A stretch of 63,117 bases of DNA, filler included, from Choristocarpus tenellus KU-1152 (Eukaryota > Protista > Phaeophyceae): the NCBI GenBank assembly GCA_964200185.2. It is 9 parts of 9 records of this genome, joined end to end, with 100 filler letters (N's around TTAATTAATTAA, not from the genome) between each part and the next. Parts side by side here need not be neighbours in the genome. Positions count along the whole stretch, not along the records: positions 24,136 to 37,609 come from CAXNAD020001482.1; positions 37,710 to 47,847 come from CAXNAD020003132.1; positions 47,948 to 52,055 come from CAXNAD020016164.1; 6 more parts are not named here. One strand, given 5' to 3'. The notes beneath the pieces are model-generated. The model ran no database searches, had not been told where the DNA came from, and worked only from the letters and a program-made list of their open reading frames with translations. The position numbers and the translations under genes were made by a program. Positions 37,574 to 48,983 of the stretch are shown here, in pieces (positions within the stretch are counted from its first letter, which is position 1; each line of letters begins with the position of its first letter).

Positions 37574-37609
37574 GGTTCAAAATGTCTGGGGGGGGTAGTG
37601 GTGGCTGTC
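37574..37609 (-). mobile_element. MITE family B terminal fragment at contig end
   Basis: ggttcaaaatgtctggggggggg..gtggctgtc matches one end of the family B copies. Confidence 0.55.
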
Positions 37610-37709
37610 NNNNNNNNNNNNNNNNNNNNNNNNNNNNNNNNNNNNNNNNNNNNTTAATTAATTAANNNNNNNNNNNNNNNNNNNNNNNNNNNNNNNNNNN
37701 NNNNNNNNN
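37610..37709. other. Artificial contig linker
   Basis: N44-TTAATTAATTAA-N44. Confidence 0.99.
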
Positions 37710-37976
37710 AATAGAGGATAGAGTAATAGCAAATTAGGAATGAGCAAATAATAATAATAATCCAGAATTCGTGAGCAAAACAAAGCCTACTCTTTTTAGT
37801 ATGTCGAAAAAAGCGGTACAAAAATGGGTTTGGTATATAATATTTGGTATAAAATCAGTGTAGGTACTGCATTACTAATATTGCCTATTGTTCGTACTTG
37901 TCAAGAAACAATCCTCACTCTCTACGTCTGTTACAAATGTTCGTATTTCCTGAAACATAAGAAGAAAATGTCCGCC

Positions 37977-38051
37977 CTATCCGCGTGTAACAAACGTTTG
38001 CACATCGTTGAGAAATAAAAGAAGAAACGCTCGCGCTATTCGCCTGTAACA
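37977..38051 (+). repeat. Repeat terminus ending in cgcctgtaaca; copy at 60588-60660, 11-mer also at 52158 and 56354
   Basis: ctat.cgcgtgtaacaa.cgtttgcac.tcgttga..aagaagaaa..ctcgc.ctattcgcctgtaaca is shared between two contigs. Confidence 0.8.
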
Positions 38052-40162
38052 TGCCCCCATCGTGAACTAGCGATACATGTTTCAAGCTTACCACAGGCGA
38101 TTTTCACCGGTGAAGACAACAGATATCATCAATCACCTCAGATCATCCTGTTGCAAAAGAGAGTAAAAACAGTAGGGAGAGAAAAAGGATACCGTACTCC
38201 TACTAGGTCCACAACATCTATCCTTGACTTACTTGGGAAAATCTGTCTACATCTAGCCTAATCTGAGGATATATTAATTCTCTCTAAAAAACAGCTTCCC
38301 TAGAGTGCCCAGTATCCTCTGATTATTGCCTGTCACAGAAAGGCCACACTCTGGTGTGGACATAACTGGGCAATATGGTGAAGGTGAAGTGTGTTCTCTG
38401 CCAGCACCTAAGAAGTACTCCAGTTCCTACCTATGGACATGCTTTTGGACTGCTGAAGGAGATATCTATACCCCGAGATAGATACTGTTCCCCCTCTCAC
38501 CTTCACGGCCTCCTTTTCCCTGTGGGCAATGGAAGGGGGTGGTTGGGCGGGGAAAGATTGCTACAACAGTCCCTCGATAATTTTTCCCTTTTCTACTTGG
38601 GCTGGGGACATTTTGTTTACTAGAGTCTGAGACCCTTTGCCACGCAGGTGGCTCTCCTCAGATCTTGTTGTGAACGCTCGGGTCCCAGACATCTCAGTCA
38701 AATAGGCTTAATCATTCGGATATTCCCCCTTGCATCATTGCAATCTACTAAATAGTCACCTATTGTACATCGAAGAGTGCGTGTTTCATCCCTTGGCTCC
38801 TTTTTCACAGATACATGGAGAGAGTCCACTAAGCATCCGTAGTTTAAGCTGCCACAGGACTGACATGCACAGAGATATTTCTACAGCGACTCTCCTAGAG
38901 ATCCCTGTGAATCAACCATGTACACTTCTAGGATAATTTGGATTTTGATCTGTGTTACGCACTTTGGGGCAAATTTGTCAGGTGAGGGCTACTTTGACCC
39001 TCAACTGTCCACTAGCAAACTTTTGCCTTGTCTGACTTCCTTGACCGCTATACCGAGATGTCGGAAACATTGGTATCGTACTTTTCGATGCACCCCTATT
39101 TCACTCCAACGATGGTGTAAAAAAATTATAAACACTGCTCAGTCATTGCTGCCTTGTGGCCCTAACGCTTACAGGCAAAACAATATTTTTTTGTCGTTAC
39201 TACTGATTCGGGTATGTGATGCATACTCTGAGAGAGCAAGGCACTCAATGTTGTAACACGGAGCCGACACATTCCCTCACTCTACACTGATGTATTCAGC
39301 ATCGACCAACCTACACAATGCCCTGAAGCAGTTCTGTGTACCCAAAAATAGGGTTAGGGTTACAGTGAAAGAGAACACAAGACGATGGATGATGTACTGC
39401 AACTGCTCCTTCAAACACTGTGCGCTTTCTTAGATTATTTTGTACTGCAGGATCAAGTACAGTCACCATACAATACGAAGTAAACAAATACATCCCAGGT
39501 AACCCGTTCACATGGTTGTTGTGCTGGAGGGACCAGCGGGACAGATGGGGCCAGGTGGGAGTGTTGACTTGGGGTAGGTTGGTTGGATGTGTTAGGTTGG
39601 TTGGATGTGTTAGGCACTTAGTGTGATGGTATCCAGTGTATCTTTGATACGAAGTATGCACGGAAAATTATTTACCAACCTTGTCTTGTAGTGTTTACGG
39701 CACCTAAGTCACAGCTAACTATGGCACAGCGAAACATGTTATCACTGAGATTGCTGTCCCTTACGAACAATAAAGAGTGATAACATCTAAGATGGGTGTA
39801 GTTGAGTTTTTAGGGCCCCTATGACTGACTGCCTTGTGAAATATGCGTTCTGAGAACTGTGGGGGGGCTTTCAGGTAACAATTGTGTTCACAGCCAATTT
39901 CCTCTTGTACAGTCACACCTTCCTAAGCAGAGTTAACTGTACTTCAGAAGAAGGCATGGCATAGATGACAAGGTTCATAAGGGTCTCACTCAAAAGTTGA
40001 CGCCCCTCTTATTTTTTATCATTCAAAACCTTCATTTGCGCAGGAAAAGGATGTCAACATCTCCACTACAGTGTCAGCGAATAACAATTGTGTACAGTAC
40101 ACGACAGTCCACGGAAATGTAGTAAGACTTGAATATTGTACCTTAAGTCGTTGAGAGCTGAA

Positions 40163-40419
40163 GAGTGAAAGTATCTTAGAGGGTGCGAGTTTTGCCCTGT
40201 TTGTCCATTTATGGCTTGGCTTCGCTCGGGGTTTTTAATGACGTTTTTCTACTCCAAAATATTTCGTAGAAGGTAAATGTATACGTTGTGAAAAGGTGTG
40301 CCTGGAACAAGGTTATTGACACTTCCTAACAAACACAATATCCAAAATTACATCAAAATTGCAACATTGGATTTGGACCCCAAATGGACGCGGCTGTACC
40401 CTCTTAGTTACTTCGACTC
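40163..40419 (+). mobile_element. MITE family A, copy 3, TSD TGAA
   Basis: gagtgaaagtatcttagagg...cctcttagttacttcgactc, with tgaa on both sides. Confidence 0.92.
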
Positions 40420-40775
40420 TGAAAGCACCTTCACACGCAACAATACAACACACCCAAAGATGGGTCTATAGAGACCTCTGGATGTTCAGTACCACACTCT
40501 GATTCATGCAGAAGGAGGTATAGTCATAATATTATTTGTGTAATCCTGTCAAGGTTCATGATATTGGGAGCTGAGAATGGTGACGAGTTTGAGCAGGTTA
40601 GATCCAGCCTACCTACTAAGATTTCGGGTTATATAAATGAAAAATATTTTGCCAAATGTAAAGAGGAGTTGGTGTGAGGTGGCTCAGGAGTACGACAGTC
40701 AACATGGATAAGTTTGGACACATGAACAGGAACTCCTTTTCTTCTTCTGTCTTTGGAATGAGTATTATATATTTC

Positions 40776-41029
40776 TGTGGTCTCTGATATTTTGCAGATG
40801 TGTCAGGGGAAAAACTAATGAAGCCAATCAAATATCAGAATAACCCCTGAAAAAGTAACAGTTATCGTAAATGTGAAAGACGGGGCCATCAATTAGTGTC
40901 GACCGTTCGCCCGTCCACTAGTAATGGTTCTCTAGTCTTTTACATTTAATACAGCTGTTACCTTTGCCAGTGTCCTCGTGATTTGGTTTGACTTTTTCCT
41001 TGACAAATTGCAAAATGTCAGAGGGCACA
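40776..41029. mobile_element. Foldback/hairpin-type element (~250-bp imperfect palindrome)
   Basis: ctctgatattttgca..tgtcagggaaaa pairs with tttttccttgaca..tgcaaaatgtcagag. aagtaacag..taaatgtgaaagac pairs with gtcttttacattta..ctgttacc. The centre is near 40905. Confidence 0.75.
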
Positions 41030-41257
41030 ATGATCTGCGTATTCTTTAGTATCCACAAGTACTATTTCCCACATTGCATGCACACTACCCTGCACAATAT
41101 ATGATCACAACTTACTGTTGCGCTTTCCATGGTTTATAGTAAGTCTGACGCGCATTCGGTAGATATTTTTTAACACACACATATATATATATTCAGCTAG
41201 TATGTGACACACATGAGTTATTAAGGGATTAGACTTGAGGCTCTTTTACTTTTCTCT

Positions 41258-41516
41258 GAGTGAAAGTATCTTAGAGGGTACGAGTTTTCCCCTGTTTGTC
41301 CACTTGGGGCTGGACCTCCCACGAGTTTTTAATGGCATTTTACCTACTCCAAAATGTTTCGGAGTATGTAAAATGTAAACTTGATGAAAAGGTGTGTCCG
41401 GAACAAGGATATTGATATCTCCTTACAAACATGGTAGCTAAAATTACATCAAAATTGCGACATTGGATTTTGGGCTCCAAATGGACACGGCTCTACCCTC
41501 TAAGATACTTTGACTT
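41258..41516 (+). mobile_element. MITE family A, copy 4 (TSD imperfect)
   Basis: gagtgaaagtatcttagagggtac...taccctctaagatactttgactt. The interior is collinear with the other copies. Confidence 0.9.
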
Positions 41517-44351
41517 TCTCATAAATTAAACCCTCGTTTATTGTTTCTTATTATAAGGTAATACCCCCTCTTCTGATTTCCAATTCGCCCTGCATAAGTA
41601 TACCCAGTACACAACTAGATGGTATATATTCACATGTCACAAGATTGATCGCATTGAATTAATCAGTACTTCAGTGCACTAGGATACCCCTTCATATAAA
41701 AGACTTCAAGCCTCTACAAAGAGCACTTCATGGCAACCGATGATTAATTCAATTCAAGGTTTAACAGCTAGCTGGGGCCACAAGACAATCAAGAGTAGCC
41801 TTGTCTAGCTCTGTTTTGTAGGCATCGATGCCTGATGCCATAAAGCATGATTTGGAGCCATGGTAGTGTGGGTTGGGCAAGACCAGTGTGAGCAACAATG
41901 AGGGTGATGCTGGCCATAGGCTGCCTCACAGGGTCAGGATATGTAGAGCATTTGGATACTGCACATAACACAGTACAGAAAAGAAGAGTTTCATGTCTGA
42001 AAAGTATATCTATTATTGTCCTACAACACACATCTTTGTTCTGATCCCACAGGCCCTTTCTTACCTTTCTATTGAAGGAGGCGGCTTTTCTTTTTCCTCT
42101 TCCAGAATTGGCAACTGGTAATGGGAGTTTTGGTACCCTGTACAAAAAAAGATCACAGGTAAAGGGGCATGTAGTCTATAAAAGTATGAAATATCAAGTT
42201 AATGTGCTGCAAGAGAAAAGGAGAGTCATGTAGCCGATAATTATTGAGTCATCGACCCGCCAACAGAACTCACTTATCATGATACCCATTTTTTCGGACA
42301 GAGACCCCGACAACCCTAGAGACTTGCAGCTATTGAAGGAGTACGTGACTATACTGACAGATCAGAAGGATCCTAAATGGGTACCACTATAAATCTATTT
42401 TTTACGCTGTATTATTTGTTGTGGAGTTAGACTTCCAGGGTTAAGTAAGGGATAATTAACGAACGAAAAATGTCAACGGACGTAAAAAAAAAATATCTGA
42501 AGGAAATATGAAATATATACTAGTAGTATATATATAAGGATATATATACATATATATACTAAGTTGAATAGAGCCATTGGTGGGTTGGGACAGGTAGACC
42601 ATCTGGTTTTATTTCTTAGATTGCCTTCTGGTTAAAGATAAAAGTATGCATAAAACTCCAATTATTTCGGTGTATATTGTTGTAAGAACATCGAACATTA
42701 TACAGTACTTTCCCATTGATTCGATTGATCGTCCGATTGATCGGCACGAATATCGAGTCGAGTAAGATTTTCAGGAACGAGTGTATTATATATTTTGTTT
42801 GGACAACTCCACTGTTTGTTCCTTGTTTGTTTGGAGTTCTTACTTGTGTGTCTACTCCAGTCACCTGAGAGTGAGGAGTGGAAGGAACAAGGTGTGCAGA
42901 TAAGTGGAAATACTTCTTTCCCAAGTGAGCAATATTAGGGATGCCGGAGTTTGGACATCTGCTTTGGAAATTGATGTTGAAGGCGCAAACAGTCTTCGCG
43001 TTATCTCTCTGTCTGACCCAGGTACACCGCATTCCATAGGCTGAATGACTTGCAGGCATAAAATCCACCCTCGCAAAATTATGTAGATGCTTCGAACGTA
43101 TTTTGTTCGTACTGCTTCGAAAACCATTAGGAGAGTGTGTTCGCTTATGTTTGCTCTCACCTCCCTATTCGAGACTATTAACACCATCATATTTGCCTTT
43201 CAGAACCTGAGCTCTTGCAGCCTATCCTGAAATTGTCGCAGCTACAATTGTCTACCAAAGCACCCACTAATCGCTAGAAAACTGCATTCAGTTGGACGAA
43301 CAATTCCATCTCGTACCCCATCAGATTCTAGAAAACGAGATAGAAAACATGTACATCATTGGGATTGTGGTTCCTTCGATAAGTTGACATTTCTGACATG
43401 CGCAGCATCGACTGTCGCAGCGTAGTTGTGCAGTGCGCAATCTACGATCAAAGCATAGGTTCTTGTAGCATAGAGTATAGCAGGAATGTCTGTTACGGCT
43501 TGAAATGGAGAAAGAACTGTTTAGAACTTGTTACAATACGCTCATGATCATTGGTCAATGTCATTGATGCTGCAAGTACCGGCAAAACCTTTCTGGGCCT
43601 ACTTGGCGATTGAGAAGCGTGACACCGCTTATGCCCTTGTTGTTATCTATGTACCATTGTGAAGATGGCGTTCAACAGAAAGAGAATCGTGCTCAGAGGT
43701 AGTGAATAGCCAACATGTCAAACTAGAACATCCCAGTTGCCACAGATGTGTATGTAGATACGTGCGTGTATACATATATATATATATTATGAGTATAGAG
43801 TTGCCTGGGGTCAACATGACGTAGTAAAATATCAGTAGTAGCTTGACATTGAGGTAGCGGCAACTGTTGTGCAGGCTGTTGAATGTGCAAGTGTGGTGGA
43901 CCAATACTGCTGCTGCAAAAGTAATTTATATATCCTTGTGCTACTGTGCCTGTCGAAGTCTGGACCTTCAGAGCAGTGCTAGGAGCAGTCGAATCATTAT
44001 CTTGCGTTGTGCGAATTTTGAAGTGGCGACAAATGTGACGGCATACCCAACTATTACCTCCCGTACTGAATCATTCAAGCTCGACTTTACAACCACAACC
44101 ACAACCCAGTAACCCCCCCTAGTGTATCAAATCAAAACGAACGAGAAAAAAGTCATTGCTGATCTAATAGCTATATTTTCGACATCTAATCGACTCGATA
44201 CATGCTGCAACTCTAGGTGTGAAAGTAAGCTAGCTTTACCGTTGTTGTATCTATGCATCTGTTGTTCAGGGTATTTTCCAAACTGTTCCTATGCCTCTCC
44301 TCTTCCATGCATCATACACACACGTATGCAATACATTCGTGCCCACCAAAG

Positions 44352-44483
44352 GTGAGGGGACAGGAGGAGGAGGAGGATGGTGATGATATCTCAATAAAGA
44401 CACTTGCTTGGGCTGGGTTTGGAGTTTTCATCTTTATTTTCATCTTGGGGGCTCTCTGGGTTCGACACAGGAGATCCGTTCAG
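44352..44483 (+). CDS. Probable internal exon of a small single-pass membrane protein
   Basis: ag|VRGQEEEEDGDDISIKTLAWAGFGVFIFIFILGALWVRHRRSVQ|gtgagt: acidic stretch, TM helix, basic stop-transfer and a strong donor. The flanking exons were not resolved. Confidence 0.45.
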
Positions 44484-45890
44484 GTGAGTTTTTATATCGT
44501 TCCTGGGTAGAGTCTGAAGCATCGGTCAGTAAAAGTAATCAAATATCGTCTACACTTTTTCTTTTCATGCCCAACAGAGATATAAAGTTCCTATGCTCAA
44601 AAAAGAGAGTTGAAGATCAAGTTTGAAATTTTATATCGGGGTCATTTATTTTCCGGGCCGTTGACAAATTCTGCAGCATCAGCAGGGCCAGGTCAGATCG
44701 TGATATCTAAGAAACAGAAGGAACCAGTTTTTTTTTTATTTTTTATTTTATTTTGTTTTTTATCAGCCTTCATCCTTCCGTGTGTGAAGGTTACTTTTTT
44801 TTTTTGTAAGCAAAGTATTATTTTTTTGTAGTGTGGATATTTATTTAGTAAGAGTTGTGCGCCGAGAGGGGATTTTGTGACCCACGATTGTGATCGGGAC
44901 ACCTCCCAATCGTAGACTCGTAGCCAGTTGATTGCAATGCATTATCTCGGTCATATGGTACATGGCGGTGAGCAGCCTACCACATATTGTGGATGATGGG
45001 CGCTTCTTGTTTACCCGTAGCTATCTGTGAGAAAATAGGTCTCCCCTGATTGGTGAGGTGGCCCTCGACGGTGAAACCTTTCGACGCTAACCCTCGTTTG
45101 TTCTGGTTTTGCTTCCTTCTCAACACTGGACAGCATTGCCACATTTGTTAGTTAGCAAGCGAGGGTTGCGAGGACTTTCAGCAACTGCTGCAAAATGGTC
45201 CATGGTAGTAATATGATGAGTAGGTCACGTTCGTGTTCTCTCCTGGCAGTTGCTCTTAGAGCGTGCGCCGATCGCTGATTGCGACAGAGAAGTGAGGAGT
45301 GAGAAGTGAGACGTGAGACGTGAGCATGTGTCCATCAAGTTGTCGTTTTTGCCTCTCTTCTCCTGGCAGTGGTAATGCGCGTCAAGAGGACCCCGCCGTG
45401 TTTTGTTTTGCGAGAGTTTGAAAAAACATCTTAGAAACATCTTAGAAACATCTTTAGATCTACTCCCTTAAAGCAGCAGAACAACAGTGCGAGAAAGAAG
45501 GGGAAAAAGAGATGAGTGGATGAGTGGAACATGTGGATGAAATTTGAAAAAAAAAAAATTGCCTTGTTTTTTTCTGCAGTGCCGTTCTATTTTTTTTGCA
45601 AGTTTTTTATTTTCATCTGTTGTTACGACCAATGCGGTTACGTCATATGGATAGAGCCAGTGTGCCTAGCATCTCCAAGCGTGGCGGTTTACTGTGGTTG
45701 GGTTTCCTCGCCGTCAAAGGCAACCTCTGCTGTCTTCATGAGGCAGTGCCCTCCTAAGTCCTTAGACTCCTTTGCAGCCTACCCATCCCCTCTACCCCCC
45801 GTACGGCTGCACTTCACCACAAAAGGCTATTCTTTTGCTCGATCTCACCGCTTGAGTTTTGACACACAGAGGCGATCGAGTCTTGTCGAG

Positions 45891-45989
45891 TTGTTCTTGC
45901 TCTTGTTCTTGCTCTTGCTCTTGCTCTTGCTCTTGCTCTTGTTCTTGCCCCTTGCCCCTTGCCCCTTGCCCCTTGCCCCTTGCCCCTTG
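45891..45989. repeat. Compound microsatellite (TTGCTC)n + (CCCCTTG)n
   Basis: Direct reading. Confidence 0.95.
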
Positions 45990-46810
45990 TGCAAACACGG
46001 AAGAAGCCAGCCCAGTAGCTAGCTCTTAACGCCACGGGGGCATTATCACCGCCTTCCAGTTCTGTAGGCGGCACTCGGCCGTCAGCACTCTCTGTCGGAG
46101 ATTTGCGACCGTGGCACATCCCGATGAAGTCACGCGCGCGCACGCGGAGGGCCCCCCCAACCAATAATTGTCTAGAGACTGCGCTGTATACGGATTGCCG
46201 TCACTAGCTTCGTCCGGCAAGCGCGAAATGCCCGAGGATTAGGGTTAGGGATCTATCTATCTATCTACCTACCGTGTCCTGTTTACAGTGGTGGAGACAT
46301 TGTAAGTGTGTATGGAAACGGTGCACTCTAGAGGAACATTCGGAGGCGTGTTTGCTCACGGGGGTGAGATTTGCCCGCGGGATAGCTGAGTATTCATTCC
46401 CCTTGTGAAACGCGTGTTACACTTTTTTTGTTTTTTGTTTTTGTTAAACGTGATCGATTCGCCGTGCCCTTCGGTGAGGCCCCTGCCCTCATTCTTATTC
46501 GCACCCCCGGAGGGGTGAATCGCTCCTCCCGATGTAGCATAGAGAAGTAGTGTTTGTAACTCAGGGCGTGTTGATGGCTCTGCGATTAGGTGGCTGGGCT
46601 TGCCGCGTTGGACTAGTAGCGTTTTTTTCGTTCTGTTATTATTATTATTATTATTTTTTTGGTGGGTATGAACTCCGCTCGTACCGCTGTACCGTGCCAC
46701 GCGTATTCGTTGAATTAATTGCGTTTGCATGGTGTGTGTTGAAACAACACTAAATCAGAGTGTGGTGTAATCTGGTCTTGCTTGCTAACCACCTTCAAAA
46801 TTTCAAGTGA

Positions 46811-46881
46811 TATTATTATTATTAGTAGTAGTAGCAGTGGTATTATTATTATTATTAATAATAATAATAATAATAATAATA
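46811..46881. repeat. (ATT)n/(AGT)n/(AAT)n microsatellite
   Basis: Direct reading. Confidence 0.9.
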
Positions 46882-47226
46882 GTTTCAACTTACGCACGGG
46901 TTTTTGGGGCAAACGCTCAAGTTTATTCTGTTTTAATGGGGGAAAAAAATAAAAAAATCGGATTTGAAAAACTGAAAATTTTATTTTACTTTACGTACAG
47001 TTTGGGTTTCTTCAGTCATGAAAAACAGTTACGATATTAACTTTTTTATGGTGTGTCAGTCGAACTACTTGTACACGGAATTAAATCATACCATCATACC
47101 ACCACCCCCACACTGAGCACTGATTTCCAACCCGAGGGACAGCTGTAAACATCCACGTAAGTAGTGCATGGGTTACGAAAGCGGTGACTGAATTGTGATG
47201 TGATTTGGTCTGACGGGGTAGAAAAG

Positions 47227-47260
47227 CCCTAACCCTAGCCCTAACCCTAGCCTTAACCCT
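47227..47260. repeat. Interstitial telomere-like (CCCTAA/CCCTAG)n
   Basis: ccctaaccctagccctaaccctagccttaaccct. Confidence 0.8.
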
Positions 47261-47308
47261 GTTTAACTGTGGTAGTGTGTTGGTTAGTTAGTACTGGCCT
47301 GAATACTC

Positions 47309-47309
<1 letters not shown>

Positions 47310-47345
<36 letters not shown>
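47310..47345. repeat. (GT)n microsatellite
   Basis: Direct reading. Confidence 0.95.
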
Positions 47346-47346
<1 letters not shown>

Positions 47347-47847
47347 TCTAGCAATCAATAATATCTGTCTTGTGGCTTGTCGAGACTTCCTTCAGAGACT
47401 TGCACTGAATCTGTTGAGGTACTGAGATTTTACCACCCTATGCCGTACAGGCGAGCCGAGTTCGGGATCCGGGGGCCCCTCTGCCAGAACCGGTCCAAGC
47501 GTGGTCCAAGGCCAAGGCCCCGAAGGAGAATGGAAGGCCGGGGGGGGGGAACGGAGGTCTCAGTTCTCAGGCAGGGGGGTGGGAACGGGATTGCTGACAA
47601 CAAGGGTGAAAGAATATCAAAGAGAAGAAAAAGAAGAAGATTGTGCAAGAAGTGTTGTGTCGATTTCTGTATATATTTTGGTGGTTTGAATATTCCCCCC
47701 CAAGTTGTGTACCCTGTCCGGATGGGATTTTTGTTTGTTGTGATCATTGCATCGGCGGGGGGGGGGGGGGGGGGGTGTTGGATGTAGGAGTGATAAAAAT
47801 TGGGGGGGGGTGTTGAAGTCATGGATCGAGGGGGTGGGTTTTGGTTT

Positions 47848-47947
47848 NNNNNNNNNNNNNNNNNNNNNNNNNNNNNNNNNNNNNNNNNNNNTTAATTAAT
47901 TAANNNNNNNNNNNNNNNNNNNNNNNNNNNNNNNNNNNNNNNNNNNN
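47848..47947. other. Artificial contig linker
   Basis: N44-TTAATTAATTAA-N44. Confidence 0.99.
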
Positions 47948-48033
47948 CCACTCGTCCTGTCCGTGGATGTCCTGTGTGCTCTGCTGATGTTGTCAATATA
48001 ATGATTTTGTGTGTTTTTTATGTATAATGACAG

Positions 48034-48983
48034 GGAAAGCGAAAGGTGGTGCCGGCCCCAGCCAAAGGGGCAGCGGAACCAGAGGCACTAGGTAGGGGGA
48101 AGAGACTCAAGAACAAGGTAGGTATTGGACTCTTCACCCCCATCCTTCAGTGGTTTCATTTGTGAAAACCAACTATAGGACTAACCGTCTTTTGGTTGCA
48201 AGTACACTCAAATTTTAGGTAGGTTCTTGTTTGTCTGAGTAGACTGCATAAGATTTTTGTTCAAAGTTTTGTGTTTTTAAGGAGAGACCATAAGCATATT
48301 GCTGAACCCGACTATGCAAATAGTTGTAAAAAAAAAAGAAGAAATAATATGGTGAGGGGATCATTGATTGTGTCGTGCTCTAGAGAGGGAAGTATGTATG
48401 ATTAATTTGTCAACAGTCACTGATTTTGATGACATATTGGAGGCTTGGTACAGCAGTAAATATTATGCTGTTGCTGGTTTTGTTCATTGTCATACTGTAT
48501 CATATTGTATTGCCAATGCCACTATTTCTATATTTACCTTCCTGGCTCGATTGGTGTTAACTGTTCTGATACATTTATTTGATTTATATTTTGTGTCTGA
48601 ACCAAGTATCTTTTCAAAGGGTATTGAGCTTGCAAGAAGACAGGTACAGGCAAACATGATTTCTTGTGTACTTCAAATATGACAGTCTTCCCTCTTTGGC
48701 ACCAGATGCAGAATTTTTTGACCAGAGAATCTTACACTGTGAATTATGATGCCTTGCTGCAATGTGCTCCATATCACGAATATATCCCCCATCTCTCTCC
48801 TTCTGGGCTTGATTCACCCTTGGGCAGACCACTGCATCACCTGGGGCTGGCATAATGCTCTTGGCTGGCGCAGTAGAAGGACACTCCAGTACTCCCACAA
48901 AAGCCGGAGCTGAAGGGGGGGAGGATGGAATGGATGAGGAAGTTGAGGGGGATGCAAACACAGAGGCTGCTGCAGACAAATAA
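48034..48983 (+). CDS. Last two exons (48034-48117, 48828-48983) of an unidentified protein with a basic then acidic disordered tail
   Basis: cag|GKRKVVPAPAKGAAEPEALGRGKRLKNK|gtaggt ... cag|TTASPGAG...GGEDGMDEEVEGDANTEAAADK*. The join is phase 0. Confidence 0.55.

Noticed and set aside
41789-43300. Minus-strand ORFs as viral, Fanzor/TnpB or transposase genes
   Set aside because: No RuvC, zinc-finger or DDE motifs were recognised, and the frames are short and broken.
45516-46164. ORFs with poly-L, QE and RA repeats
   Set aside because: These are translations of the (TTGCTC)n and (CCCCTTG)n microsatellites.
47227-47260. True chromosome end
   Set aside because: Only about six degenerate units, internal to a contig.
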